A stretch of DNA of 64,000 nt from Podarcis erhardii (taxonomy: Eukaryota). Both the position numbers and the translations under genes were made by a program. Every line of letters begins with the position of its first letter. The stretch's first letter is position 1. The stretch is from NCBI GenBank assembly GCA_964252035.1, contig OZ176200.1. One strand, given 5' to 3'. The notes below the pieces were generated by a model, which saw only the letters and a program-made list of their open reading frames with translations, was not told where the DNA came from and made no database searches. Below are positions 1-13,721 of the stretch, in pieces.

Positions 1-203
1 AGGGTGGAAGGGAGGGAGGCAAGGAAGTCCAATTTTATAACATATTTTTTTAACATAAAGGACATTTTTAGGCAAAACACTTAATGAGTTTCAAAATGGA
101 TTACACACTTTTGAAAGATGAAAAACATCACCTCTGTTGTCATTATAAACCAAGAGAGTATCTGATGGCTTCACTCCGCAGCATTGCCTGAAATCTCCAT
201 TAG

Positions 204-293
204 GGCTGTAATCCTACACCCACTTACCTGGGAGTAAGCTCCACTGAACTCAATGAAATTTACTTCCAAGTAGACAAGACTAGGATTGCGCTG
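204..293. repeat. About 90-bp inverted-ended dispersed repeat (MITE-like); other copies at about 2691-2782, 5547-5633, 12505-12595, 21450-21530, 58945-59042
   Basis: Shared ends GCTGCAATCCTA...TAGGATTGCAGC and a central GTAAG.CCCATTGAA.TCA.TGGGACTTAC seen in several diverged copies. Confidence 0.7.
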
Positions 294-489
294 CAAATCA
301 CTCTAGTACAGGAGTTTTCTGATGGCTCTGCAAACTTTTCCTTCAACAGCTGATGCCCCTTCCAGGTTGTTACTATCTCTTTCTCACACTGGGCATGCCA
401 ACTCTCTTTCCACTCTTTCCTTCCTCGCTCTTCCACCTCACTCCCCATCTTCCCAGGGGGGCTTGTCCAGTCCCATGTGCGATACTCAC

Positions 490-609
490 GGATGCTCCTC
501 CCAAGAAGGGGATCTCTCCAGACACAAAGTATGAGGTATATACACTGGTCAAGGTGCTGAGAATGATCCCAAAGCTAATGTGTATGAAGCCAGTCATGAT
601 CTGGATGGT
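490..609 (-). CDS. MS4A-family tetraspan gene A, TM1 exon (gene continues beyond left edge)
   Basis: cag|ACC...TCC|gtgagt, 120 nt, phase 0-0. Translates TIQIMTGFIHISFGIILSTLTSVYTSYFVSGEIPFLGGAS, which fits the MS4A/CD20 'IQIM.G..H..FG...PF.GG' pattern. Ortholog not assignable by eye. Confidence 0.85.
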
Positions 610-2492
610 CTGTGGGAACAATCAGGGGAATAATACTCGGCACTTGATGGACTAAATTAACATTCACACACACACACCCCTTAATGATTACACCAACTTC
701 GAAGGACTGACGCCAGAGAATCTTCTGAGCTGATCTTTTTAATGGTAAGATCACTATTCCTTACGTTCTAGGGCATCTTTCTGCTGAGAAAGTGCTTCAC
801 AATTTTATCTATTTCATTTGACTTTGTGTATCAAGAGATCTTTATGTTCTAAGCACTTCTCGACTGTTCACCAGTATAGTTAATGTCATCTGGTAACTAA
901 ATGGAAGCTGACATTTACAAAATCTGCTCTAATTAACACTTCCGTATTGTTCAGATGTTGGCAGAGGAGGAGGACATCCCACTAAAATCTACTTCAAGCC
1001 AGGCTGAGCTGATCCAGGTGTACCTATGAGCAAGTAAGAGAAAGTGAGATTTGGAGGAGGGGGTTTGTGACCACAGCAAATCCTGTTGGATGATTGTTTG
1101 GATTGTTCCTAGGACTCCCAGCAGGCAATGAATTTTGGTCTTTTGGTTAACTCAGAATCAGCCAGATTATGGGAGATAACAGAGGATGTATGCAGAATGT
1201 ATTCAAATAAGCTGGATTCAGGTCACCAGCCATTTATGATAGGGCCACATCTATCTATCTATCTGCAAACATCCTGGTTTTACCACCTGCCTGGCACAGC
1301 AAAAATGGGAGGTGGGAGATACGTAACAGGCTGAAATTTATGACTGGTGGGCTGTGTTTAGCTGGGTCATAAATTACACAAGGCTATTCTAAATGAGGCA
1401 TTGGAGAATATCAACTGAAATGTGTTCTTCTGCCCTGGCCTGTACACAGGGGACCATGTTTATCTGGTTTGCCACTGCTCTGGATTTTGTGAGGTATGTG
1501 TAAAAGGACTCTGTTAAATCCAGTTTTCAACTCAAATTGCTGTTGGTTGTACAAATATTAAAAGTTTGGGTAAGAATAAACTGCCACCATGTTACAGCCA
1601 AAGAAACCGCAGCAATACTGTAACATAAGCCTCTTGCATTTTGGTCAGCTGGATAGACACTGATCAGGGCTCATAATATGAGGAAGATGCTTCAATTTGG
1701 AGCCTGTTTAAAGGCAGAAAAACAAAAAGGATTCTTAAGGACCACCAAGCTTGTGCCTGTCTGCCTTCTGGGATCTAGTCTGTTTTAGGGCCATTCTTCT
1801 GTCCTGGCATTGGCTGACAAGCAGCTGAAGGAAAAGGGCCAGGAAAACTTAGACAGGTGCAAGGAGGAAAAGAAGGTAGCAGCCGTCAGAAGGTAACTGA
1901 CAACATTACATGTTGGGGCTGAGTTAGTCAAAGTGGTTCCCTCTAGATGTTGATGGATTACAATTGCCATCAGCCCTAGCCAGCTATGACCAATGATCAG
2001 GGATGATAGGAATCATAGTCCACAATATATGGGAATATTTGGGAAAGGTGCACATGAAAATAGTGTTTCTAGGGGTGGAGGGACAATATTTCTTCTGCTA
2101 GGTATCCTCACAGTAACAAGTAAGAAACAACAACACTGTGAGCATAAGCAAAGGCGCCACTAGGTGACAAGTCTGACACCTTTAGAGTCGCTAAATCACT
2201 TTTTCAAAGTTAAAGGACACTGTTGAACTATACTGATGCATCTGGTGAAAATGGCAGGTGTCTGTGAAATTACAGGCCAGGCCACATCTTCACTGCTGGT
2301 GAATCAGGTCCCACTTGGTGGAGCATCAGTTTCACTGGCTCAAAACCAAGTAGAATTTGCCATCCACAGGAGATTACCACTTGCATCTACGCCACACACT
2401 GCTGAATTGACTGGGATAACCCCTGACCAAGGTTTCTGAATTTGCTTTACAAATAACCTGATATTTGTTAGCCTCCTTTCTTCCTTTTTTAA

Positions 2493-2523
<31 letters not shown>

Positions 2524-4706
2524 CAGCTGGGGGGGGGGGGAATTGTGTGCCTCTCATTTTTTTCTGAACATAATCTTCATCTCAGTGCATTTGTGCTTCC
2601 ATGCAATTGTGCAGATTGTGCGGCTCGGTAAGAGAGAACAAGGCACACCGTATGAATTGCATTTGTGCCAACAGATGGGCAGGAAGACTAGGGCTGCAAT
2701 CGCATGCCCACTTTCCTGGGAATAAGCCCCATTGAATGCAGTGGGACTTACTTCTTAGTAGGCATGTGTAGGATTGCACTGTAAATGTAGTTATTTTCAG
2801 CATGGTACAGCCTAGCACAGCAGTGTGCTGACATCAGTTCCTCTGACAAGAGGCTATTTTTGTGGTGACCCAAAGCACTCTTCTAGCATATCTGTTGCCT
2901 CACAAGCCCACACGCTCTGGTTGGGAGCTGGGCTGTGTTCATAAAGGGAGTCGGTGTTGCTGGTCTGGGAAATCCCAGCACAGCAGCATACCTATTTTTA
3001 GAAGGTAGGGAAAAGTCTGTTTCCATGCTTTCATAATTCACTGTAGCACTAATGCATCAAATCAGCCATGAGATTTCCCTTTGTAAATGTGCTGGACTCT
3101 CATTTATTCTGAACCTGTGCAGGACCAGTACACGTGAGTGTGTAGGAGACACAGCAGTTACTTTCTACGCAGATTCCAACTGATATGGCCGTGTGCTTAA
3201 GCTATTGTCTTAAAGGCATGCATTTTGTCTTCTTACAACTGCAGAATAAGAAACCTTTTCATGTGCATAAAGAGAGTGGCAGAATCTGGGCTGTATAAAG
3301 ACATTGTACTGAGCAGGTCCACTCAGTAATGTGGCCCTAAAGCCTTCTCTTTCCCCAAAGTGTTGCCCTATGTCTTGCTATCTTCCATCAGTCTGTAAAG
3401 AGGCAGGAAAGGAAAGAAGGGAGAAATCTGTTGGGGGGAGGGTGTACTGCTGCTCCTTATTATATGCAAACCATTGCAAGAGTGTTCTGACTCTGCCTTT
3501 AACATTCAGAACAAGGCAAGGCTGAAAAACTCACTCTGCCTCTAGGATCAGTGCCAAGGCTTGTTTTGAGTCACCACTCACTAAGACTCAGCCATGGAAC
3601 CCATTTTAAAAGCTAGTTCTGAGCTCTGGCAGGAGTATGTGGATTAATAGTGAGGAGAAGGCCTCTGGGCATGTGCAAAGTATTCACACCTACACACACA
3701 CATCATATCTGGAATTAGTGTTCAGGGACCCAGGTCAGCTTTGTAAACAGTCCAATTTCCCCCATCAGACTGATGCAAGGATAGACACCTGTGCCCCACT
3801 TCCCCGATGTTGATGGACTTCAGCTGCCAATGGTCAGGGATGAAAGGAGCTGTTGTCTAGCAAGATCTGTAGGACGACAGGTTCCCCACCCATGGTCGAT
3901 CTAGTCCAGTATTCTGTTTCCAATTGCAGTCAGCCCATTGTGTCTTGAAAACTCAGAAGCAGGGCATAAAACAATGGCCCTCCCTTGTCTGTCCCCAACA
4001 CCAGGCATTACGGGGTATACTGCCTTTGAACATGAAGGTTCCATTTAGTTGTTGTAGCTAACAGTGATGGACACAGCAATTCTCTCTCGCAAATAGTGGT
4101 ACTAGGATTTGATCTTGTTCCACTGCCTATTTCTGCCATTTGTGCTGTGTTGCTAGAGCGATGCTGCTCACTTCCTTCATGTACCGAGGCACGAATGCTC
4201 ATCTGTCCCCTCGCCTAAAATTGATGCTGAAGTCTGCAACCCCGTAGCACACACCAGGGCACCGGGCATTCTAGAGGTAGCGACCAGCAGGATCTTTTCC
4301 CACTCTCCTTTCTGGCTGCAGATTACTGCTCCTTGGGAATATTTAGCATATGAATACACACACATACACAAAACCACGTCCTGAGAACGAGCTTCTCTCA
4401 AAAAGCTATTCCCTTTCATCTGAGAGACATAATAAATTCCCAGGTTAGTTTTAGGGACCATAATGATTAGCCGTCCTGATGTTTCTCCACCATCCCCCGT
4501 CCTGCTTCTCTCTCTTTCTCTCACACATGCTTAATTCAGAAACAGGAGTGATCTAGAATACCACTGCCCCCTAAGTTAGGAGATCGGCTGCCATTTCAGG
4601 GGAATCTACCCCAGTCCTCTCCATCCTCCTCCTCCTCCTCCTCCTCCCTCAATATCCCAGCTCACCTCCCTCCCCAAAGTGCCTCCCCCACCGTTCTGTC
4701 ACTCAC

Positions 4707-4796
4707 CCCCAGCACTCGATTCTTCCCTTTGGGAATGGTTTCCACTGTGTACATCACAGTCCTTCTCCCCAGCCGGAAGGTCCCCATTCCCTGCAT
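4707..4796 (-). CDS. MS4A-family gene A, first coding exon
   Basis: MQGMGTFRLGRRTVMYTVETIPKGKNRVLG|gtgagt. The ending resembles the MS4A 'KG.P..LG' motif that precedes TM1 and is in phase with exon 490-609. The start may be ATG 4796 or ATG 4787 (GGAATGG, better Kozak). Confidence 0.7.
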
Positions 4797-6398
4797 GGGA
4801 ACTAGCTGGCGCGTTTGCTCCCAAGCCTACTCGGTCCCTAGCAACTGAACACTCAGCTGCATCAGCCCCACGCAGGCTGAGCATGGATGGCAGCTCGCTT
4901 GGCCCGGTTGCGCTCAGCTCCAGCACTCTCTCTTCGAGGGAAAGGAGAAAGAGTGGTCTTATTGGCTTCTGTCAGTGGTGATGTCACACACAGTCGGATA
5001 TGCTGCAGAAAAGGCAGAACGGGGTGGTGGTGGGGGGGGATTCATTCCCTCTTCCTGGTGCTGCTGCTCATAGGTAAATCCTGCTTCTGCCAGAACTGCT
5101 TCCTCAGCAAGCACAAAGGCAAAACCAGGGGTGGGTGGGTGGGTGTTTTGCATGATACTACCAAATTCCAGGGGAAATACATGCTTAGTCTGGAGAGGCA
5201 ACACTGATGAAAATCCCTGTGACTGGAGTTTGCTGCAAACAGAGATGGAAAACTGGGAACATGAGGTAACAAGGAATTGGTCAGAAGACCCTCCTGCACC
5301 AAAGGAAAAGATTCTTGGATCTTCTCCATGGCAATGCAAAATCTACCTTGAAATATCACTTTTGTTTTATTCATTTGCCACATTACATTTATATAATGCT
5401 TTTTCTCCCAGAAACTTAAGGCAATGTACATTGTCTTCCTCACCCCAGTTTTATCCTCACAAAACTTTTGTGTGGTTGGTTAAGCTGTGAGGTGGTGACT
5501 GGTCCAAATTCATCCAGTGAGCTCTCATCTAAATATGAGATAGATGGCGCAATCTTATAAACGCCTACCCAAAAGTAAGTCCTGCTGATTTCAGTGGGAC
5601 TTGGTTCCAAGTAAGTATGCTTAGGATTACTGCCTGAGTTGTCTCTTTCAAAGTCATTGTAGCTTCCGACTCGGTCCTGCCACAAAGACAAGTTTGTGTC
5701 TTTGTTTTTGTTGCCAAAAGAGATCTGCAGAGCATCTCATTTCTGCTTGTGGCATCCTGTAGCCTGGATTCCATTTGCTGAGGTTGTGTGGATCTAATCA
5801 GCCTTTGGGTGCTGCAGGGAGTTCCAAGAATTATATTTCATTCTAAAGCCAACCAGGGATCCCCCTTTCCCCCTGGCAATGTGCCAGACGTATTAACTTG
5901 TGGTAAGTAGATACAGCTCCTCCACCTGATTAGGACAGGTTAAGGCATTAATTTGGAAAGAATCAGGTGAACATTCAAAGTTAATCCATTTTAATTTCAG
6001 ATTGTTTATTTCCAAACTAAAGCCCTGCTGTACTACCAATGGTCCTGGCGGAGCTTGATGAGGCCTAGCAGCAGCTCATCCACCAAACTAGGGTGCAAAC
6101 CCTTCCTACTACCACCATTCTCATAATCTTTCAAGTTGAGGGGCCAGTGGGGAGGCCTGACAGCAACCATAAGGCACTTTGCATCAGCCTAGACTATGGA
6201 GGCGCCTGGGCCCAGTACAAAATGGATCTGGAATATGTACCGCTAAGATTCAGTGTCTAACACACCCTCCAGATTATGGACTCCACATGCTGGATTCTTG
6301 TGTGTGGACTGAAACAAGCAAAATATAACTACACAAAGATAACAGAATAAACAACACACAGAATCTGAGATAAGACAATACTGCAATGAAAGTGATGA

Positions 6399-7484
6399 NN
6401 NNNNNNNNNNNNNNNNNNNNNNNNNNNNNNNNNNNNNNNNNNNNNNNNNNNNNNNNNNNNNNNNNNNNNNNNNNNNNNNNNNNNNNNNNNNNNNNNNNNN
6501 NNNNNNNNNNNNNNNNNNNNNNNNNNNNNNNNNNNNNNNNNNNNNNNNNNNNNNNNNNNNNNNNNNNNNNNNNNNNNNNNNNNNNNNNNNNNNNNNNNNN
6601 NNNNNNNNNNNNNNNNNNNNNNNNNNNNNNNNNNNNNNNNNNNNNNNNNNNNNNNNNNNNNNNNNNNNNNNNNNNNNNNNNNNNNNNNNNNNNNNNNNNN
6701 NNNNNNNNNNNNNNNNNNNNNNNNNNNNNNNNNNNNNNNNNNNNNNNNNNNNNNNNNNNNNNNNNNNNNNNGATGATATAGATAGANNNNNNNNNNNNNN
6801 NNNNNNNNNNNNNNNNNNNNNNNNNNNNNNNNNNNNNNNNNNNNNNNNNNNNNNNNNNNNNNNNNNNNNNNNNNNNNNNNNNNNNNNNNNNNNNNNNNNN
6901 NNNNNNNNNNNNNNNNNNNNNNNNNNNNNNNNNNNNNNNNNNNNNNNNNNNNNNNNNNNNNNNNNNNNNNNNNNNNNNNNNNNNNNNNNNNNNNNNNNNN
7001 NNNNNNNNNNNNNNNNNNNNNNNNNNNNNNNNNNNNNNNNNNNNNNNNNNNNNNNNNNNNNNNNNNNNNNNNNNNNNNNNNNNNNNNNNNNNNNNNNNNN
7101 NNNNNNNNNNNNNNNNNNNNNNNNNNNNNNNNNNNNNNNNNNNNNNNNNNNNNNNNNNNNNNNNNNNNNNNNNNNNNNNNNNNNNNNNNNNNNNNNNNNN
7201 NNNNNNNNNNNNNNNNNNNNNNNNNNNNNNNNNNNNNNNNNNNNNNNNNNNNNNNNNNNNNNNNNNNNNNNNNNNNNNNNNNNNNNNNNNNNNNNNNNNN
7301 NNNNNNNNNNNNNNNNNNNNNNNNNNNNNNNNNNNNNNNNNNNNNNNNNNNNNNNNNNNNNNNNNNNNNNNNNNNNNNNNNNNNNNNNNNNNNNNNNNNN
7401 NNNNNNNNNNNNNNNNNNNNNNNNNNNNNNNNNNNNNNNNNNNNNNNNNNNNNNNNNNNNNNNNNNNNNNNNNNNNNNNNNNNN
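6399..7484. other. Assembly gaps (6399-6771 and 6787-7484) separated by a 15-bp GATA-like island
   Basis: N runs. Confidence 0.99.
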
Positions 7485-7844
7485 GGCTTAGGTATTAATC
7501 CAAATCCATGTCATGCTTAAGTGCTACAAAGGTGATCTGCGATACTCTTGAAGCCAATATTGCCATAGCAACCTCAAAAATAATTGGAATCTCCCCCCCC
7601 CCAAAAAAAGCAGCAGAGCTCAAGAAGACTGGATAGCTAAGATTGCAGAGGAGCAAGGGCTGTGAAATCACTTAGGCACATTTCCCCAAGGGTAAACGTA
7701 AACTTGAATTAGAGCCCTCATGCTGAGAGGATTGTTTTAAGATCTATCCAAATAGTCTGGCCAATCAACGTGCCATGATTAACGTATGCCAGTTTCGGAA
7801 GCAAAGCAGCTAGCAATCGATACATACATATTACAATACGCAAA

Positions 7845-8222
7845 CTGATGGAATAAGCAGAAATGGACAGATTGACGGGGAGAATTAGGAACCAACGTGA
7901 CCAGAGATTCTCCGAGGACTGGAAGAAATTTACAGAGTATATCAAAAATTTCTGTGATGAGCAAATAACGTTTGTTGGCTTTCAAGAAGCTCTGTGAAAT
8001 TACTGTTAGAAATATTGTTTAAAAAATATGATGTGATTAAGAGTATTTGAGTACAATATAATATTGGGAAATGTGAGACGAGGATAAAAAATAAACAGAA
8101 AATTATCAGACAAGCTGAGGGAAGTTCTGGAAAAAAGGGTTTAAGTTAAAAATGGATGTATAATTTTGTAAAAAAGTTTTTTTTATGGGAAATCTAATAA
8201 AAAATATTTATTAAAAAAAAAA
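7845..8222 (+). mobile_element. L1-like LINE 3' fragment with A-tail
   Basis: Degenerate KLME*AEMDRLTGRIRNQRDQRFSEDWKKFTEY motif of the same class as 51436-51759, ending in AATAAA plus an A-run. Confidence 0.65.
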
Positions 8223-9038
8223 GGTACATACATATTACAGTATGACCATAAACCACCTACTGCATACAATAAAATGTCACAACTGATAACATCATTAAAG
8301 GCCATAAAACAGAATCAATCACATCTACTTAGAAACTTCACCCACTACTGCTTCCACTACAGAAAGACCTTCCTAAGTGGAAAGTTCCCTGAAGGTCAAG
8401 GAGGCTGAGTTTGCTGAAAGTACTTACCTGTTTCATAGGATGCAAGGTCCATGTCCACACAAACAAGGGAAAGAGTGCTAGGTAGTCCTGTGCAGGATAC
8501 TCAGCAGGGCTGGTTCATTTATATAGCACCACCAGTGTTGCTGGCACTTTACAAGAGGACAGGTCTTTCCCCCCAGGGGCTTCCTTTCTAAATCTCAGTA
8601 CAGATGAAATAACAGAGGAAAGTGGGGTGGATGGGGAATGGAGGCAGTGGGGGCAGCATACATGCTTATTCCATTCCACATACTATAACTTAGACTTGGT
8701 TACACGACGGAATGCGGAGGCTACAGAGGCTGCAAGCACAACTTACATTTGAAGCCCATGACTTCCGCCTGCAAATCCTGGGAACTGTAGTTTGTTATGG
8801 GCCTTTGTTTGCTTGTTTATTTCTTGCTTGCTTGCTTTTTAACATACTGTTTTATTGGACCCCATATTTCTAGGGTGAATTGGCACCCTGGAAAAGAGTG
8901 ACCCAACCCCTAATCTGGTAAAGTTTACATGTCTAGGAGCATTTCCTTTCTTCTGACTTGAATTCCTCTTTCAGGGTGTGTTTATACAAACAAAAAGCCA
9001 CATTATTTTAGCCCCATCCTTTTTTGAACTAAAACCCA

Positions 9039-9098
9039 TGTGGCTTAAGATTCTTTTTACCACACTTTGTGGCTTAAGATTCTTTTTACCACACTTTG
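9039..9098. repeat. Perfect 29-bp tandem duplication
   Basis: TGTGGCTTAAGATTCTTTTTACCACACTT occurs twice in tandem (9039, 9068). Confidence 0.9.
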
Positions 9099-9358
9099 GA
9101 ACAGTCCGCTATCCCTGAAGGTCTTCTTGCCTGATTGCTCTACATTCTGTTTCTACCCACCTCTGCTTATTCAGTTGCATAAACATAATACATTTTCTCT
9201 TCATAGAGTCAAAGAGGTTTCTGCTCCCAATGGTAGAAGATGAACAGGCTATTTTACAACTCAAAAGTCTTCCATTTTGTACTCTGCATGGATGCTTGAG
9301 CTGTCCTCGAGTGCTACTATAGCAAGCATCAACTAGTGATGATTTGTAGTCACTAGAA

Positions 9359-9843
9359 CAGTGCTTTTCAACCAGCGTGCCTTGAATGATGGTCAGGGGT
9401 GCCACAGGCAACACTGGCCTCTGTCCCTCTTTCCTTCTCTTCCTCCTTTGATGCCCTCTCAAATCTCTGCCTCCCAAAGGCTTGCACAGCTGTTTGTTGC
9501 AGCAGCCCTGGCTACTAGCTCCCCAGGCGAATGGCACCTCTGGGTCTGGTCAGGGGGTGCTTCCCAGGCCCTTGTGGGGCAGTGGGAGGAGGTACCTCTC
9601 TTTGGGGCAGGGGAGCAACTCAGAGACCAGGGGCTGCAGCTGCCCAGAGGACTCCCAAGTGGAGAGGAGAGGAGAGGAAGCTGAGGGAACACTCCACAAG
9701 GAGGGTGTTCAAAAAGGGGTGAGGGGCTGCCAGCTCTGCAGGCAAGGGATGACATAATTAGGCTCCTGAGCCCCACAGGGGTGCATCAGAAAGAAGGTAG
9801 TTGGGCAAGGGAGCCGTTGACCCAAAAAGGTTGAAAACCTGTG
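9359..9843. mobile_element. Non-autonomous hAT (Charlie-like) DNA transposon
   Basis: Imperfect TIRs (CAGTGCTTTTCAACC / GGTTGAAAACCTGTG) and a perfect 8-bp TSD, CACTAGAA, at 9351-9358 and 9844-9851. Confidence 0.85.
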
Positions 9844-11194
9844 CACTAGAAGCATTAGCTACAGTGTATTGAAAGCAGCAGCCCAAGAGGAGGAAATTCC
9901 TGCATTAAAAGGATGCATGTTTAAACAGAAGACTGCCTTGTCACTCAACCAGCCAACCATAGAATAGCCACCACATGTATAGATCATGCAGACACCCTCT
10001 GTTACTGTAGTACTAGAAGCTGCATTTGAAAAACTGAATAAAAACTTTGCATGGGTATAGACAGGGTCCATGTGGGGCTCAAGTACATAACCTTCAGTAG
10101 GGAGAAACAAGCAAAGAGTACCATCAACTAATGGGTTAATCTGGCTGCAGATAGATCCAATTCCCAGGCAAATAACCATTTCCTTGTACATCTCCATTCA
10201 TTAAAGATAGATGCTGGAATCATTTTAGGTTTAGTAGACAATTAGCTAATATTTCATGAAAAGTACTTAGCTGTAATAGAGAACATTTCGAGATTCCATT
10301 AGTTGCTTTCTGTGAAGAAAGGTGTGTTATTTTTTGCTTTCCCAAGGTAACGTTATACTACACTGCCACTCCTAAAAATATACACATGCTGCTAGACAGA
10401 GTGCCATCATAAAATGCAGCATTAAAATACTGATGGATTACAAGTTCTGTTCTTGTAAATAGATCCTTGTTTTCTGGGGAGGGGGGTGCTTTCTGCCTCC
10501 CAAATTCCTTTTGGATAACATGGATTCAGATACCGTTCTTACTCAGGATCTAACCAGTTGATAATATATATTAAAATGCAGAGGGGGAACAATATCTACA
10601 GCAGGTCAAATTGGCTATTGGCCAGCTATGGTGGAGCATGGAGGCTGTCTTTTCCCGTAATGTAGTTCAGCTTGCTTGCTTGAATCTCCTGGATTCATGG
10701 GTCCTTTTGGACCCTGAAGAAGGCAGAACAGGGGTGGGGCAGAATGGGCAGAGTGGGCTTATGAACACTCCACCAATGTGCATGGGGGCCAAGAATGCAA
10801 CCCCGCACAAAATGGTTGCCGCCTATACAGTGGAACAGCTAGTAGATATTGTACTATGTGCATTTTTGGTTGGTGTATAAAAGCAGATGGGGCTACCACA
10901 GAATTTAGGTGACAGTGCCAGTATGCCTAATAGAGCACAAAGATGTTACACCCACAACTGTCAAAATGGAGCTGATTCATCTATCAGTTTCTACATGGTG
11001 GTGCCACCATACAGTCACTTTGGAGGAGAGGCCTGGCATGATGAACCAGTCTTTTGGGATCATGACTCAGCCTGTATTCAGCTGCAGCAGCAGCATCCAA
11101 AACAGGAGGAGCCACATTGCAAAGTGAGCTGTTCCACTTGTACTGACCCCATGGTCTCCCCAATGAACTCATGGATTGCAATACAGAGAGATCT

Positions 11195-11300
11195 GAACAT
11201 AAGAAGATTACGATGCATCATGTCAAAGGCCCATCTAGTCCAGCCTCCTGTTCTCACAGTGGACAACCAGAGACCCTTGGGAATCCCACAATCAGGACCT
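11195..11300 (-). mobile_element. CR1-related LINE/SINE 3' tail fragment (related copy at about 3898-4075)
   Basis: GAACATAAGAAG...GGCCCATCTAGTCCAGCCTCCTGTTCTCACAGTGG, a common squamate repeat end. Confidence 0.55.
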
Positions 11301-12007
11301 TGTGATTCTCAGCAACTGGTATTCGGAGGCAAACTGGCACAGTTTCTGTGGGGCTTATGGAGGCTGGATGTACAGAGCCAGCTCCTGCGGGCATGTCGTA
11401 AGGGGAAGATTATTGGATGTGATGCATACAAGTGTCAAGGATGTTGCCACCCATCGTGAGTTAACACATGCACCATCTCCACTTATCAACCTGCCAAGAG
11501 AAAGAGACGTGGGTTATTAACCTTGTCACATAGTGTCAGAGGCTAGCGTTCCATCATCACATCTGTGCAGAGATCTGGATGGTTTGAAGTAAATTGTAGG
11601 CAACCAATGAAGTCAACCATGGATAAATAAGTTTGGTTAAAGTTAAATTTAATCGATTAATAAACTGCTTTGTAAGAAAGCCCCAAATAACCAGCCAGCC
11701 AAAGCATAAACTCAGCAGAATATAAACAGTATATCCCCCAAGGATTCTAGAACAAGGGCTTCTACAGTATGTGCCTGTGTGGATGACCTCACCTTGGCAC
11801 TTCCTGTACAGGGGCTGTCTGGATGCCTCATGACAGACAGAGATTTGGCCTTCTGTGTCTGCATAGCCCTGGGCAGTGATACAGTTGGGAACTCAGAGGG
11901 TGCTGGGGAGGGATGGATCTAGGAGAGCTAGTCAGTGAACAGTAGTACTGGGGTGTCAGTTACCCATCTCTTCTGTGCTCTGAGGTCACAGGTTGACCAA
12001 GCAGAAG

Positions 12008-12060
12008 ACACACACACGTGTGTGTGTGTGTGAGAGAGAGAGAGAGGGGGGGGGGGAGAG
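12008..12060. repeat. Compound (CA)n(TG)n(GA)n + G-run repeat
   Basis: Read directly from the sequence. Confidence 0.85.
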
Positions 12061-13589
12061 ATATTTGTGTGAGCTGAACAGCTAATTAGCACAACAACCA
12101 TGGAAACTGTGCCCATGATCTGACCGTGAAAAGCAAATACTGCACACAGTCTGTTGAATACACAAGTATGCATGAATGCTCAGCAACTGAGTGTGCCTGA
12201 TCCCACTTCCTACTTCCCTGTATTTGTATAATGTCTGAAAGGGATTGCAGTTGGGACTGTACATGTGGAGCATGATCCCAATCTCCAATCCACGTGTTCT
12301 CTGAATGTGTGAAAATATATTTGAGGTTGACTCACAATTGCATATGCAACCAAGCACCACTGACAAGAAGCACTGTGTCTGAATGAGCATCACATGATGG
12401 TACAAAAGTTCTGTCTGTAAGGACTGATCTGGAACAGCATATTCAGACATGTATGTCACTAAGATCTTGTGATGCTATAGTCAGTGCACGATGAACTCGC
12501 ATGGTGCACTCCTAAGGATACCTATATGAGGCAGCAAGTCCCTTTGAACTCAGTAGGAGTTATTTCTGATTAAGCATGTATCATCTCAGGCTGCATGGGT
12601 TAGCCAATGTAGCTCACTCCAGATGTGGACTACATCTCCCACCACCACTGATCATTGACCATTTTGACTGGGCTGATGGGAGTTGTAATCTAAAACACCA
12701 GGAGGCCATTACAGTGGCTACCCCAGCTGTAAATGAAATACTGGTCTATACAAAGAGACCAAACGAGTCCTTTCACTGGCTAAAGGCGCTGCTTGAGTCC
12801 AAATGACTCCTTCAAATAGGACATAAATAGCACTTTGTGCAGGCCCATGCCACTGCCCCCTTGCCCAAATGTGAATGCCACCCTGTATGAAAAGAATTAG
12901 AGCTATTAAAGGAGAATGACTAAAGGAGACCTACATGCAGCCTTTTCACTGAATCTGGCATGGGGGATATTTGGGACAGAAGCCTGCAGGGGTCTTTCTC
13001 TGGATGAAGAGGAAAAGCTCTGGTGAGTCATTGCAAACCTTCCTCTCTTGCTCGGTGTGAACTCAGCAAACTGCATGGTGTTGACAGTGATGCAAAGAGA
13101 GAGTAGGGGGAAGGAGGGAGGGAAGTCCATCTGTGCTTAGGCAGAGAGAGAGGAGGAGGAGGATGGAGGGGGAGAGAGAGAGAGAGAGAAACCAAGTCTG
13201 AAAACACGTTTACAGCAAGTGAAAAGGGCGGGCTGTATCTCCTGAGCATGTGGCAGAAGACCCAGGGAACTGGGCTGGATCTGGTTTTGTTTGTGACCGT
13301 GCCACAAGGACACATGAGGTTCTCAGAACGACTGACAGCTCATCCCCACGCAGCCTTTTCATCTGGGGAGAAAGCAAACAAAACGGCAGGGCTATAAGTA
13401 GGCACAGATGGAATCAGTGCAGCTAAAAAAAGCACCAGCCGCTGAAGCGTCACATAAAGCTCAGCCCCCAAGGTTTGAAAGCATTCCATCATTATTTCTT
13501 CTCCTTCCCTCCCTCCTCCCCTTCTCAGTGTTATTTCAGAGCAAGCCGGTCTCACGAGGAGCCACATCTTCATCTGCAGCAAACCAGCA

Positions 13590-13721
13590 ATGGCTGTAAA
13601 GGGGAGTGGGGGGGAAGCACACACGTGTGGATTTGCATCCACAGTAGAGTGGGTGCCTGCATCATCCTCACCGCTGGGGAGCTGGTTGGGCTGCTATAGC
13701 ACAGAGCTGCAAGCTCTGGCA
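13590..13721 (+). CDS. Candidate first coding exon of MS4A-family gene B
   Basis: GCAATGG Kozak, MAVKGSGGEAH...TELQALA|gtaatt, phase 0. Upstream polypyrimidine acceptor near 13540 and TATAAG at 13393-13398. Only loosely MS4A-like. Confidence 0.35.

Noticed and set aside
1335-1375. 10-bp inverted repeat (AATTTATGAC/GTCATAAATT) as a miRNA or structured RNA
   Set aside because: The hairpin is only 41 nt, too short for a pre-miRNA, and such repeats are expected by chance or from MITE remnants.
2300-2345. QVPLGGASVSLAQ resembling the MS4A-A exon end (EIPFLGGASVSIAH)
   Set aside because: The similarity extends into what is intron in the real gene and uses different Ser codons. There is no upstream TM1 similarity, so it is coincidence.
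6386-6781. ORFs spanning N runs (also 28980-29324)
   Set aside because: Artefacts of translating assembly gaps.
10887-11459. 190-aa plus-strand ORF between the MS4A genes
   Set aside because: It runs through a CR1-related repeat fragment, has no recognisable domain or splice context, and is probably a chance ORF.
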